64,000 nucleotides of DNA from Octopus vulgaris (GCA_951406725.2 OX597821.1:69936001-70000000); one strand, 5' to 3'. Positions 1-14,419 are shown, counted from the stretch's first letter. Notes: generated from the sequence alone by a model not told the origin. Program-made: numbers and translations.

Positions 1-148
1 TCTTTCAGCCATGTTTTTTCTTAAATAATCTACATACAGTATCTATGTAAGGAATGTTTTGCGCTTCATTTAGTTATTCATCCTGAAAACCAATAATAAT
101 AATAATAATAATAATAATGATAATAATAATAGTAGTAGTAGTAGTAAT

Positions 149-973
149 AGAAGACTCACGTAAGAAGAGATTATACAATGAATTCCATGTAGCCACTACA
201 GAAGTTGCTGGGAAAACTAAGTGGGACTGGCTAATGAAAGGAAGCCTAAAAAAAGAGACCGAGAGCAGTATAATGGCAGCGCAGAACCATGCTCTGGCGA
301 AGAACTGGAAGATGAACCTGAGGAATGAACAAGTGTCTCCGCTGTGTCGCATCTGCAATAGAATGAAACCATGTCTATATTACGAATGAATGCCCTAGAC
401 TCGCCCAGAACCACTACAAGTTGTGGTGACTCGATCAGGTAGCGAAAGTGCAGCATTGAAGACTATGCGAAAGGTGGTGGGTAGAGAGAGGCAAGTCGTG
501 GTATGAGCACAGACCGCAGAGAGTGGCAGAGTCGGAGAGTAGCAAAATCCTCTAGGATTTCCCAATCCAAACTGATCAGGTGCTAGAACATAACAGACCG
601 GACCTAGTGGTGGTGGTGGTGGACAAGGTGCACCACAAATGCCACTTTGATCCACGAATAGTCAAGACGGAAGGCGAAAAGATAGATACAACCCTGTAAG
701 GTACGAAATAGCCCAGTTATGGAAAATGAAGGTGAATTATTGTTGGGTCCTTGGGAACAGTATTAGAAGGCATCAAGGGGAATATAAAGGGAATTGGAAT
801 AGAATGACCAGTAGAACTGTTACAAAAGTTTTGCCCCCTTGGCACAGCCAGAATAATGGCAAAAGTATTAGATAGCTGAAAAGACTGGATAGCACAGTAC
901 CGTGGGTTGCAGGTAGTAAGCCCTGTACGCAAACGAGACCCTTGGATCTCCAACAAAACTTGTGATAAAGAGA
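149..973 (+). mobile_element. 5'-truncated RLE-type non-LTR retrotransposon remnant (R4/Dong-like) between (TAA)n tracts
   Basis: WLMKGSLKKETESSIMAAQNHAL...PLCRICN (CCHC-knuckle region), then across frameshifts/stops DFPIQTDQVLEHNRPDLVVV (RLE PD motif) and LGTARIMAKVL*; (AAT)n at ~92-130 and ~973-992. Confidence 0.8.
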
Positions 974-1007
974 AATAATAATAATAATAATGTTGATGAT
1001 GATAATA

Positions 1008-1381
1008 CCACAGATTTGCTTGTCAGTTGTTTGACTTTAACCAGTTGAACATGTCCCTTAATGGCTGACGATAAGTGCATCTCTGATCATGGGCAGAAGT
1101 ATTGAGGGAACATCATAGCCATGTGTTGAGAGAAATTCTTTGAGGCTTGAATAATTCACCATTGGAAACACGGGTATTTTGTTCATCAACCTTAACCATT
1201 ATTCAGGGACCTTCTGAGCGAGATGGGCTACTCAACCTGAAGAAAATTCTATGACGCACACATATGGTTGTGATGCATGTGCCTGGTGTACTCTTATCAG
1301 ACGGGTAGACATGACGTGTATACTGGGTTTTGTTTATATTACCATAATGTCACTTTGATAGCATGCACTGCTCTCTCACTC
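1008..1381 (+). mobile_element. Non-coding ~370-bp retroposon-like segment ending in a long (AAT)n tail
   Basis: Complex-sequence block bounded by AAT/GAT repeats on the left and ~23 AAT units at 1382-1452; no credible ORF. Confidence 0.5.
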
Positions 1382-1453
<72 letters not shown>

Positions 1454-1567
1454 TATTATTATTATTATTATAATTATAATAATAATATGGATATGAATAT
1501 TAATAAACAACAGATTAATGAATAATGATTATGTTGTAATAAGCGCCCTGCATGTTTTCATAGAAAC

Positions 1568-1661
1568 TAGACGAGTAATATTTAAATTAAAAGATCGTTC
1601 ATCATCGTCAAACGATGATGATTATGATGAATGATCTTTTAATTTACATAATACTCGTCTA
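1568..1661. repeat. 94-bp near-perfect hairpin
   Basis: Left arm TAGACGAGTAATATTTAAATTAAAAGATCGTTCATCAT vs reverse complement of right arm TAGACGAGTATTATGTAAATTAAAAGATCATTCATCAT (3 mismatches in 38). Confidence 0.9.
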
Positions 1662-1893
1662 TCGATTATTTTTTAAATGAATTAAATATATCATATTCTA
1701 AGTACCCATACGCTAACACGGACACGCATATTGCGCCTTAATGTAGCAACGTTATTGCTACGAACTGTTACCTGAAGCCAGGGATCAAACAAATGCTCCG
1801 GTATCTTGGACCAAGGCATTTGTTGTACATTATGCTATTACAAAGTTCATTGTCCTCGCTGGAAATATATTCATATGCATGACATCAATATAT

Positions 1894-2126
1894 ATTTCTT
1901 TACTACCCACAAGGGGCTAAACACACAGGGGATAAACAAGGACAGACAAACGGATTAAGTCGATTGCATCGACCCCAATGCGTAACTGGTACTTAATTTA
2001 TCGACCCCGAAAGGATGAAAGGCAAAGTCGACCTCGGCGGAATTTGAACTCAGAACGTAACGGCAGACGAAATACGGCTACGCATTTCGCCCGGCGTGCT
2101 AACGTTTCTGCCAGCTCGCCGCCTTA
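1894..2126 (-). mobile_element. tRNA-derived SINE, family A (Nin/Deu-like core), with 15-bp TSD
   Basis: Minus strand GGCGGCGAGCTGGCAGAAACG...GAGTTCAAATTCC (B box)...GCCTTTCATCCTTTCGGGGTCGATAAATTAAGTACCAG; ATGACATCAATATAT at 1879-1893 and 2130-2144. Confidence 0.9.
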
Positions 2127-2149
2127 TCAATGACATCAATATATCCTGG

Positions 2150-2500
2150 TCTGTTGCCGTCGATGATTCAAAGAGATGCCGGTGCTGCCTCTATGAAAAT
2201 TATAACATTTTTATGCGACTCTTATAATGGTTAACTCTGCCGTGCCAAACCCGGTTAGAATGGAGGAATATTGTGTGTGGGACTAGGATCGTAAAAACAT
2301 TTACCTACAACAGGAACAACGAGTAAGAACCAAGGTATTCCTGATGTACATAGAGGTAAAGACATACAATCTCGGGATGGGTGTATAACGGATGTGGTTC
2401 AAAGCCGGAAGGAAGCCCGGATTCTCACGAAGTAGACCGTCACCACTAAAACCATCACCACGATTACAACATGGAATGTGCGGACATTCCTGTGAAGCCT
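2150..2500 (+). mobile_element. Possible RTE-like LINE 5' remnant
   Basis: TITTWNVRT at ~2460-2487 resembles the APE endonuclease N-terminal motif; otherwise decayed. Confidence 0.3.
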
Positions 2501-3342
2501 GAAAGAAGACAGCGAGGATCTCTCAATTGCTGGACGTGTTCCATCGACCTCCGCCTACATTCAGTCCTTTGCATCTCTTACTGAGACAGAGTTAGGTGAA
2601 GAGAAGAGCTGGCATTTGATGTTTGTAGGATATGGTGACAAACGGCTTAGTGCTCATGTACATTGATTATACCGCGGGAGAGATATGCTAGCACTGTGAT
2701 AGAGTGGACAGAGAAATGACCGAGAGACAAATCATGAAAGGTGTGGAGTAGTAAGTTCTGGAACGATATGACGATGGTTGTTAACCCGAGTGGAGTTACG
2801 AGGAAAGCGGACAATCTGGATGTTTGGAGATTGTTCGATGCCCGTCGTGTTCACAACTCTGGAAGATCTAAAAGCTAATCCCCTAATGATTAAACAATAG
2901 ACAAGAATTTATATTAAAATGTCGAAACGAAAGTAAATATTCTTTTTCTCGTACTTAAAGTTGAAAACAGAGTATTATTGTGGAGAAGCTCAACAAATAA
3001 CCATTAAAAAGAAATTGTACGTCACATCCATCAAACTAACCGAAATCAATTGAATAGGAACCACAATTAAATGAGATTCTCCTTGCGATTCGGATACAAA
3101 ATCTCCCGCTGTATAAAAAAAAAATACAAACTGAGCAATCAACAAATACGAGTGAACCTTGTCTTAAAAACTATCCGACGTTCGGACTTATTCGATTTTT
3201 CTCAGTGGGGCATACAACATGTATTCATAATTAGATTTCAAATACCCATCCAGCTTATTACTGTGATACTCTCAATTAATCAAAGTACTCGCTATATTAC
3301 ATAGGTGTGGTCCTTCTGCAAGTGGTATTACATCTCAGAATG

Positions 3343-3790
3343 TGGCGAGTTGGCAGAATCGTTACCGCGCCGAACAAAATGCTTAGTGGCATTTCGTCAG
3401 TCGTTACGTTCTGAGTTCAAATTCCACCGAGGTCGACTTTGCCTTTCATCCTTTCGGGGTCGATAAACTGAGTACCAGTTACGCACTGGGGTCTATGTAA
3501 TCGACTTAATAACTTTGTCTGTCCTTGTTTGTCCCCTCTATTTTTGGTCCCTTGTGAGAAATAAAGAAATAAGAATCGTTAGTACGCCGGGCGAAATGCG
3601 TAGCCGTATTTCGTCTGCCGCTACGTTTGAGTTCAAATTCCGCCGAGGTCGACTTTGCCTTTTATCCTTTCGAGGTTGATTAAATAAGTACCAGTTACGC
3701 ACTGGGGTCGATATAATCGACTTAATCCGTTTGCCTGTCCTTGTTTGTCCTCTCTGTGTTTAGCCCCTTGTGGGTAGTAAAGAAACAGGT
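3343..3790 (+). mobile_element. SINE family A tandem dimer
   Basis: Two head-to-tail copies of the 1894-2126 family; the second starts at GAATCGTTAG directly after the first tail. Confidence 0.9.
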
Positions 3791-4141
3791 ATTACAGCGC
3801 AGAACGTTTCCTAGCCCTTTACATCTCAGTATATTTTTTCCTGGAGTTCGATGTTTAGCTGGCTGGCTGGTTAGATGGACGGCAAACTTGTTGGCTTGTT
3901 GGCAAGTCGGTTTGCTGGTTGACGGTTTGACAGGCTGACGGGCTGGATGGCTGCTTCTTTGACATGTGTGATTGGTCGGCTTTCTTATTGTCTAATATAT
4001 CTTTGTGGCTTTTTCTGACTTCTCCCATTTATCTGTCGTACATATTCTAACATGATCACTATGACATCCTTGCAGGCTTTCTCCTCTTTATTATTTTTTG
4101 TTTGCTTCCCATTATACGTTTTGTTATTCAACATTAAATGG

Positions 4142-4228
<87 letters not shown>

Positions 4229-4333
4229 TGTGTGATCAAATCATCAATATAAGTTGTTCCCATCATTTTACGTGTAGAAACATAACAGTTTTCCCGTTAA
4301 TTGAGACCATGCACATACATAGATACACATACA

Positions 4334-4371
<38 letters not shown>

Positions 4372-4410
4372 AATGCTTGCATACGTACATGTATATGTGC
4401 GTGTGGTGTG

Positions 4411-4513
<103 letters not shown>

Positions 4514-5220
4514 GTATACATTTAAACACACAGTTGATATACGTAGGTATGATTTTGTGGTTTAATGAGATTGCCTCCCAACCATGTGGAACCGGGTTCG
4601 ATCACGCTACATTCTGCACTTGTTTTCTCCTATTTTTCTTGTTGTTGCTGAATTCCTTTATACACCCACACACACGCACATACACACACACGTATGTATG
4701 TATGCACGTACATCTATGTATGTGTGAGTTTGTTCACTTCCCCCCATCACACTTTTACGTTTTACAATTCCGTTTCGCAAATCAACAAAACGCCATCAGT
4801 TCCGAACTTGATAAGGTTTCGGTCAAAGCAACTCTGCTTCTTACGAAAATGAGTTTTGACCATCATTCATGTGCTAAATGACCAATAAAAGCTTTACATG
4901 CCATTATATACAAGATATTAATATTCTATGTTTTATTTTGGCTTTCTATTCTTCACTGATCTTTCTATTGATTTTATGTAATTTGACTATATATTTATTT
5001 GTGTGTGTGTGTGTGTGTGTTATTTAGTTTTGCTTCTTTGTTGATTCATTTTACCATATTTTTTCCCTCTCCTATTCGCATCTTGGAATAACAAATCTGG
5101 TTAGATTGTTAGTGACAAGGCATGAAAACCTACGACTGAATGAAAAATGTTTCTTTACGCATGCGCGCACATGCCTCGCTCTCCATCTCTCTTGTCTCTC
5201 TCTTTCTTGCTCGGATAAAC

Positions 5221-5264
<44 letters not shown>

Positions 5265-5350
5265 GAAGAAACACATTGTCATGCACCCAAATACTATCCG
5301 CAATGTATAAGCACATACGAGTTAATATATACAGAATTACATGGCGTGTA

Positions 5351-5490
5351 GGTACCGGCGTGGCTGTGTGGTAAAACATCTGCTTCCCAACAACATGATT
5401 TCGGGTTCAGTCCTCTCCTATGGCCCCGGACTGACCAAAGCTTTATTAGTGGATTTCGTAAAAAGATTCTAAAAGCTCGCCGTATATGTA
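5351..5490 (+). mobile_element. SINE family B, left (tRNA head/core) half
   Basis: GGCGTGGCTGTGTGGTAA...GGTTCAGTCC...GACCAAAGC..AGTGGATTT matches 26482-26645. Confidence 0.7.
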
Positions 5491-6181
5491 TATATATATT
5501 AATGCGAAAGCTAATTTCTGTGTGTCAGTGTGTCACACTTTGACCCCTCTCTCACTATTCAATGACACTTCTACCGTTGATGATGTTTTATTAAAAGTAG
5601 TAGTGTTTATGGTAGCAGTGGGAGTAATAAGAGAGAGAGAGAGAAAGAAACTGAACACGAAATTCATTTTGTTAGTACCACCACCATCACCACCACATCT
5701 GCCATAGACACACCATTCAAACTTCTGACGCCACCACCATCAGTACCTTTGTCTTCGTTATCTTCTCCTCCACCACCATCAGCACTGTCTTTCACATTTC
5801 TTACTCTCACCGTTATCCCTGACTGCCTCAGCTACCACCACCATCATCCCCGCCGCCTCTGCCTCTATCACAACTACAGCTCCTCCTATTACTATCACCC
5901 CATTACCATCACAAAAAGAATGAATGGTGTGTGTGAATGACGGATGTGTTTGCGATGGTGATGGTATTGTTCATTATCATGCATCGACAAATTATATCAT
6001 TATTTTGATGAAAATTATTCATTGCTTGAAAAATATTGTGCAAGTTTCATAAAATCTAATATGTACTCAATGCATGAAGCGTCATTGTTGGGCCCAAGAC
6101 CTGATGAAGAGCCCTCAACAGGAGCAAGCTTAAACGCCATCCTATAGGACAGCTTATAAGCTAGTGTGTTTGTATACGAGT

Positions 6182-6239
<58 letters not shown>

Positions 6240-6244
<5 letters not shown>

Positions 6245-6475
6245 GGTTTGTCTTCGTGCTAGTGCTTGTACCCTAACAACGGCTTGACAACCGATGCTGG
6301 TTTGTTTACGTTCTAGAGACTTAACCTTCCGGCCAAAGAGACCAATGGAATGAGCACCAGGCTTAAAATAAAACACAGGGACTATGGACTATTTTTTCGA
6401 TTAAACTATTGAATGAGATGCCCCAGCATGGCAGCAGCCCAATGGCCGAAACAAGTAAAAAACAAAAGTAGAAAA
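6240..6475 (+). mobile_element. SINE family B, right half with LINE-like tail
   Basis: GCTTGACAACCGATGCTGG...GCCCCAGCATGGC..GAAACAAGTAAAA. Confidence 0.75.
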
Positions 6476-6779
6476 TATATTTGTAAGGTTTGTATTAGAT
6501 GAGAATTGAACTTTGAATCTCTCAGTTTACAGTCAGTATTTATTATATCTTAATTTCTTGCCATTTACACAATAATAAGGTTGAAAGAGTACATTGCTGG
6601 ACTGTGTTTCGGGCATCGGTCTGACCTTGCCTGAGAAATATTTTCTTGATGGTCATCTAGGACTTCATTATCTAATGCCGTGATTTAAACCTGGTTTAAC
6701 TGCTAGATTGAGCAATAAGTAGAGCCTTCCTAATTAGCTATTGAGACAAAAAAAATTATCAAAGGTTGTTCCTGAACCA

Positions 6780-7005
6780 TTGACTCATATGGCCAGTTTC
6801 CCGGATTCAGTGGCGTATGTACTTCACTCCTGGAGGAGACGCCAGTCCGTCGCAGAATTACTCTTTTTTCCAGCTAAGTGGACTGAAGCAACAGCGAATG
6901 AAATGTTTTGCTGAAAAACACAAACATATCTCCCAGTCCTGGAATCGAAACCACAATCTTACGCTCATGACTGCAACACGTTAACCTGTAAACCAGGCGC
7001 CTCCA
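6780..7005 (-). mobile_element. SINE family C (tRNA head, V-domain-like core)
   Basis: Reverse complement homologous to 49187-49430 (GGTTTCGATTCC B box; CAGTCCACT.AGCTGG; GCGACGGACTGGCGTC). Confidence 0.7.
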
Positions 7006-7915
7006 CAATTATTGTTAAGAAGGATGCATTTTTCTATGGAACGAGTCTCCTTCATTTTGTTTAACTAGCACTTTCTTCTTACGGCGGTGGGGGGACCACC
7101 GCTCGTGATGTTTCTTCTTTTTTTTTACTGACTCTGAGATTGTTGGATGGAATGTTGTAAGTTGTTCTCAAAGCCGAGACCTGGTCTCAAAGCTTACAGC
7201 ATGCTTTGAGAAGACCAAGATGAGGTGGTGATATTGATCAACATAACAGTCTACCGCCCCAAAAGTGAGGACTCAAAGATCCTGGACAAATATCACAAGG
7301 CATTGCACCTAGCATCCTTATATCTTTGGCAATCTCGCACCTTTGACTCTTATTTTATCGAATATTAAAGGATGAACAACAACGTTAATCTCGGCAGAGT
7401 TTGAACTCAGAGCACAGAAGGCCGGAATTATTGACTCCTGTGAACTTTTCATCCGTTCTAACGTTTCTACAAGTTCGTTCAAAGAAGCAAAGGGGAATGC
7501 TAAAGATATGCCTATCCTGCTTGGATTAGAACCCAGACCGTATAATGTGGTAACCAAGAAGGAAAAGAATAGGGAAGGTGAATCTTGTTAAGGGAAGTAA
7601 GCAAGAAAAAGAAAACGGGTTGAGATGTTTGTGTGGGGAGAAAAAAAAAATCAAGATGAATGCTTTACATGAGGGAAGCGAATATTAACGATTTGATTGC
7701 CTTCACGGGACTCTTGCCAATTGCTGTTCGCTATTATTCTAGAAGTATTTTTCTTTTCCTTAATTACATACTTTCGTAGTAAACATTGTCTTATGTTTCA
7801 CTCTTTCTTGCTTATATATGTATTATATACTAGGCTTCATGTCTGGTTCAATCTTTTCTTTTCTACCTTTTCTCAATCTACTTTACGTTTATATTTTCCA
7901 TTTTTCCTGCACATC

Positions 7916-7957
<42 letters not shown>

Positions 7958-8230
7958 ATCATTACACTCAGTATATTACTTAAAATTTGCTTGACAGTAG
8001 TTACTTACATTCAGCTTTCACTGTCGCCTCACATTTACTTTAGCCAAATATACTTTGACATTATGTTATATCAACTGCTGTTCGCTTTTATTACCTCAAA
8101 ATATCACCTCTTATTTCTTTGGCTATTCTTCTTTCTCTTCCCACCTTCCAATAGACAACAAAGCCCTTTAACCACCAACGTTTTTACATCATCTCATGCA
8201 TTTCTGTCATAAATATAGTACGTGTGTCCT

Positions 8231-8791
<561 letters not shown>

Positions 8792-8989
8792 CTCTCTCTA
8801 TATATATATACATACACACGCGCGCGCATTTCTTATATTGATTCCAAGCGGCCACAGCATGAGAGAGACAGTCAATCTACGAAGGGCAAGGTCGTTATGC
8901 TTTGTGACTTGGCGCAATCTCTCTCGAATGCTTTTGATTGTAAGTTTGCTAAAATCAAGTTACACTTGAGGCTAACCTACGGCAAATCC

Positions 8990-9375
8990 CACACTGGGAT
9001 GCCTGTTTGTGGTAGCTTGAGCTGCCAGAAATTGCAGCCAAATCTCCTGTGTATCACAAACCGTCATCTTATAAAAGATGAATGGAAAGAAAAGACGAAG
9101 TGGTCGTGGTTGGACAGTATCAGATCATTGTATTATGGGATTTATGTCCCTTTGTGTTTAAATAATGTCAATAATAAAACGACGAAAGAGCCTAAATACG
9201 AACAGTTGTTCGGCTGGAAACAGCAGCTAAATCACTCTCTACCGTTTTAAAGAAAATAGATGCTATATTAGATAATGTAATATGGGAAAAGGTCGAATTG
9301 TCATGAGTGGAATGTCTTCGGTTGTAGAGATGCTAGATTGATGTTCAGTTAGCGATGACACGAACAGCAAGCAAT
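8990..9375 (+). mobile_element. Two degenerate copies of an old dispersed repeat
   Basis: Shared GAAA(T/C)(A/T)GCAGC(C/T)AAATC..CCGT...GTC(G/A)TG..TGGA motifs; similar stretches near 17120-17300(-), 31700-31925(+) and 37380-37775(-). Confidence 0.4.
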
Positions 9376-10120
9376 TACGATTTCTACTTAATTATGTCGA
9401 CCCAAGAAAGCACCGACTTTCCTAAATCAGAAGAGCGCCACACGAAATACCGCGTGGTATTCAGTCACCGTAATGGGGTCGATTTTGTCTTTCGACATTT
9501 GAGGTTCGATGAAAATCAATAGAAAAAAATCTCAATTTTATTGTGTTGTTTTGAAATGTCGGACCTTGTCTCTGATTCCAGTCGAAATTTTATTCACCCA
9601 GTGAGGCTGCAAGACATAGCATATGTGCATGGATGTATATAGGAGACATAAGTAAAAATCTCCAAAAATTCTGGAAGAGCCGATTTGTTATTCAAGAACC
9701 GGCAGTGACAAATGATGATGATGGTGGTAACATCCTTTCCGACTATTTTAAATTCATACGCATAGAAGTAGCTATTCGTGTGGGGTTATGAAGCTCGTTT
9801 CGCAAGAATTTGGTCTCGAGTTCAGTCAAAGTGTATGGCAGTTTGGGTACGCGCCTTCTTCTATAGTCCCGGGCCGCCCAGTGCATTCTGAGTGAATTTA
9901 ATAGGACGAAACGATGATGAAGCCCGTCATATACGCGTGCGCGCATGTGTGTATCTGGGTTTGTGCCTCCCGTGCCGCATCACCCCCGGTTCTTGATTTG
10001 TTTACGTTCCCGTAAAAAAAGATGTTTACGTCCTCGGCAAAAGAAACTGACACGCACACACAAACACACACATACACACTGACACGCACACACAAACACA
10101 CACATACACACACACGTACA

Positions 10121-10211
<91 letters not shown>

Positions 10212-11764
10212 CATTATTGGGGTCGATTCCTTCGACCAAAACCCAACAAGGCTCTTGTCCAGTTTGGTCGCAGACTGTAGCCAGTAAAAAGACGAACTAG
10301 TGAATGCGAAATCTAAAGATTTTGCACAATTTCTTGTTGATTCCTCTGCTTTGATTATTTTTCCTAAAAGAAAGCAATGTATATTTTATACACAGTTCTG
10401 TTTGTTCTTTCTTGTGGTTTTTCCCCCGGAAAGAATATATTTGGTCAGATAAATGTCCCTTTAGAATCCTAGAGTGCGTCGGTTGATGCGGTTAATTTAG
10501 GGTTGTTTATATTTTTTTCATGTGGTGGCGGGGACAATGGAAGGAAATCTGAATGAACCAAGGCAAAAAAAGAACGAAACGAAACTTGAAAAGAAAGAAG
10601 GAAAAGGCAAAGAAAAATTTATTTCTGTGGAATGAGGTAGAGGCAGATTTTGTAGTGGGCAGCCAATGGTGAATTGTTTATAGCTATTGTTCCAGTGAAA
10701 GCCAAAAAGGATAAGAATTACATACACATGCATGTATATACATGCACACATACGCACACGCACCTACGCAACCTTATATGTATGTGTACATGTATGTATG
10801 TATGTATGTATGTATGTATGTATGTATGTGTGTGTATGAATGTGTGTGTGTATATCTATGTGCGCATAAATACATGGAAACACACGTATGTACATATACG
10901 TACGTACAAGCATATCTACATACATACGAACATATGCAGTATGAGTATATATGCTCATATGTACACACACACACATATGTATATGTACATACATAATCAT
11001 AAATGCATATGCATACACATAAATATACACACACACACACACATCTATATATGTACGTGCTTAGATGCAATAAGAAATAAATACGCAAAAACGAAAAAAA
11101 AAAATGAAATATGGGCAAGAAATATAAAATAAATAAATATGAATTAGAGGAAATTAAAAGAAATGGTGATGGCTTAAGAATTCGAACCCTTAACTGTAAG
11201 CCTTGCGGGTATATGAGACAATTTAGTCTAATTAAATACACGAATATTAGGGGTAACGAAGAGCACAAGGGAGCGCGGTGGGACGAGAAAGAAGGGGACG
11301 GGAGATGGGGTAATTTTTAACGATCAAACGAAAATTGTTGAGAACGAAATCTAGGGTGTGGGTTGAAAAGGCGAAAGAGAAATAAAACAGGAGTGGTTGC
11401 GAGACACAAAGAGAGGGGATAGAAGAGGGACAAGAAGAAATGAGAGAGAGAGGGGGAAAGGTGAAAGTGAATGTGTAAAATATGGCGGGGAAATAAAAAA
11501 CAAAACAAAAAAAGAGAGAATGGAAGTAAATCTGGAAAAGTTGTCGAAAAGACGAGAGAAAGGAGAGGAGAGGGAGAGAAGATGAGGAAGGGAGGAGGAG
11601 GAGGAGGAGAAGGAGCAGGAAGACAACAGACGAAGAAGTAAAAGAAAATAAATTGTGGTATAGGAAGAAAACGATGATGTTACGGAAGATGGATCGGTAA
11701 TATTTAAGATAAATAAAGATGAACGTACATGAATAAATACATTGTTAGAGTTCAGTTATATCGA

Positions 11765-12830
11765 ACCGACTGCCAGCCGACGACTGTCATTGAAAGGGAG
11801 GGCGGAGGTTGCAGAGGTGTTTATCGCCTCTGTAATCACTTACCGCCTGACCGTCGTGCCTTGCCCTGATTCGTGGCTGAACAAGCTGGAATGCATGCTC
11901 TTTCGCTTTTTGCGGAGGGGCAGCAGACCTCTTGTAAGGCGTTCTATCTGCTGCTAAAGGCCTCTGAAGGGTGGGCTAGGGATGCCGTGGCTAAAAATGC
12001 GCAGACATGCGCTAAGGCTTAGGCACCTCTGGCTTTACCTGGACGGTGAGCAGGTGTGGTCTCCGTTCGTCAAGCTGTAATTTCCAAAGTTCACATCGTT
12101 TACCGAACTGGACCCATGGATCAGGTGTAGACTGAGGTAGGGCGTGTGGTATGCAGAGTGCCATCAGGCACTCGTCCTTCTCTCCCAGTCGGGCAACGAT
12201 TGTGGCGTAGGTACTATCTCGTTCTTGTATAGAGGGTTAGTAGAGTTCAAGTGTAACGACGTCCTGGGAGATACTCTAAGCTTCGACGACGATCAACTGG
12301 CAAACCTTTTCCAAAGAATATTCAGACCAACCTATTCCAAAGAACAAAAGTCCCTGGCCTGGCAATGTTACAGAGGAGCTTTAACGGTTCAAAATAAGCT
12401 TTTTTGACATGGGTGTGCGCCTTCGCCGGTTTGTGCAAAATGCGAGCTGGACAGTGAAACTGTTCTGCATGCGATTGTACAATGCCCCAAGGTGACTTAG
12501 CTCTGGGCTTATATCGAACACCTGCTGTCGCATTCGAGAAGAGTACAACTGTCGAGCGAATCTTTAATTAAGATCGTTCCGCCGACCCCACTGAGTGGAG
12601 GAGCGAGCATGTTTTCTCTCGGTAGTTGCTGTGGCGAAAGAGGTAGTATGAAAGACGAGAGTGAAAGGAATTGCAACAGGCATGTTCATCTCCAGTCTTG
12701 AGCTAATCGACTTTTTCGTTTTCCACATGAAACGGAAAATAAGGCTGGAGAAGAAATGCCTGTCGCAAAGTGTGTTTCGTAAAAGATGGAAGTCTATAGC
12801 AAGTATGTTACGAGTGAAAGAACCTGTTTA
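11765..12830 (+). mobile_element. Tx1/L1-clade LINE ORF2 3' remnant (pseudogenised)
   Basis: RRLSLKGRAEV...ITYRLTVVPCP...LFRFL...VRRSICC*RPLKGGLGMP; C-terminal CAKC....ETVLHAIVQCP zinc knuckle; several stops. Confidence 0.85.
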
Positions 12831-13819
12831 AACGAGAGTGTAAAAAAGGAGAAAGCGAAGTCTTCAATAGGAGTATGTGGTTTTTGGAGTCGACCGCGTC
12901 CTCCGCTTCATTTTGTGTAAATCTCTCATTCTCATTTAATCATATCTATAAAGGGGAGGATGTATGCGTGTGTGTTTGTGTAGGTGATTGTAATTTATGC
13001 ACATCGACAAATTAGCACGCATGTCGCTCAAATTTTAGGAGGACATTTGTCAACTTATTTTTTTTTCCTGAGGCACCCGCAGATAGGGTAAAAATCTATT
13101 TTCAACCATAGTTTTTAACCATTACTAATATCAGCCATTGCTTTTTGATGGCATCTAACAAAAAAAAAAAAAGATAAAGAAAAGTGGAAGAAGGAGGCAT
13201 AGAGTTTCACGGGAAAGACAAATGAGAGAGGGAGAGAGAGAGAGAGAGAGAGAGTAAGTGACTACGTTCATAAAAAATAAAATGTAAAATGTTTTGTTTT
13301 TTTGTTTTTGAAAGGCACACTATATTTTATAATCATGGTATATATACATTCTCACACAGCAATTACAATATATTTTTTTTAAATCATTTATATATTTTAA
13401 ATCGTTCATCTTTCTCCCCCCTCTCTCTCTCTCACACACATTACTTTGGGTGCGAAAGAGTTTTCTTTTTATTTTGCGCCGAGTAAAAAGTGTTTTGTTG
13501 ACAATCCATTTATTTAATAACAAAGAAACAAAGAGGTGAGTAACAATTTGTCAGTGAATTACACAATATACATGGGTAAATTTGCAAGGCTTCCACCACA
13601 TCCTACTCCGTTTCACGGACCACTAAAAGAGTTTTGAGGCCAGAGTAGTTGATTCCATGCAAAAAAAAAAAACGATTTTTTTGTTAATCTACAAATTTAA
13701 CAATATTGTTTCCATTCATTTCTGTTTATGAACATGTATGCATGCACAAAACATGCAATAGGTGTACGTACGTACGTGTGTGTATGTGTGTTCGTGTCTG
13801 TTGCCCATATATATTTATT

Positions 13820-13831
13820 TTATATCATATA

Positions 13832-13898
<67 letters not shown>

Positions 13899-13907
13899 TA
13901 TATATAT

Positions 13908-13968
<61 letters not shown>

Positions 13969-13974
13969 TATATA

Positions 13975-14025
<51 letters not shown>

Positions 14026-14059
14026 TATATATATATATATGATATATATAAATATATAT

Positions 14060-14120
<61 letters not shown>

Positions 14121-14135
14121 TATGATATATATAAT

Positions 14136-14190
<55 letters not shown>
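13820..14190. repeat. (TA)n microsatellite tract
   Basis: Direct reading. Confidence 0.97.
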
Positions 14191-14192
<2 letters not shown>

Positions 14193-14207
14193 ATTTTTCA
14201 ATAGTCA

Positions 14208-14270
14208 AGATAAAACTCTGAGTTTCAGATGCCGAAGTGGAAATCCACAACACCATCTCTTCGGTTATCT
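14208..14270 (-). ncRNA. Hammerhead ribozyme-like motif (type I, U4C core)
   Basis: AGATAA-CCGAAGA-GATG..GTGGATTTCCAC..CATCT-GAAA-CTCAGAG-TT-TTATCT; 6-bp helix I. Confidence 0.55.
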
Positions 14271-14358
14271 GGCCATCTGAAAAACGCTATGAAAAAATAC
14301 CGTTATATAAATTTCCCTATATATAACGATATTTTTTTATAGCGTTTTTCAGATGGAC

Positions 14359-14419
14359 AGATAACCGAAGAGATGGTGTTGTGGATTTCCACTTCGGCAT
14401 CTGAAACTCAGTTTTATCT
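14359..14419 (+). ncRNA. Hammerhead ribozyme-like motif (mirror copy, 2 nt shorter in helix III)
   Basis: AGATAA-CCGAAGA-...-GAAA-CTCAG-TT-TTATCT. Confidence 0.45.

Noticed and set aside
6097-6140. CTGATGA-AGAGC...GCTTAAAC
   Set aside because: No GAAA or UH site and no helix I; at best a dead remnant.
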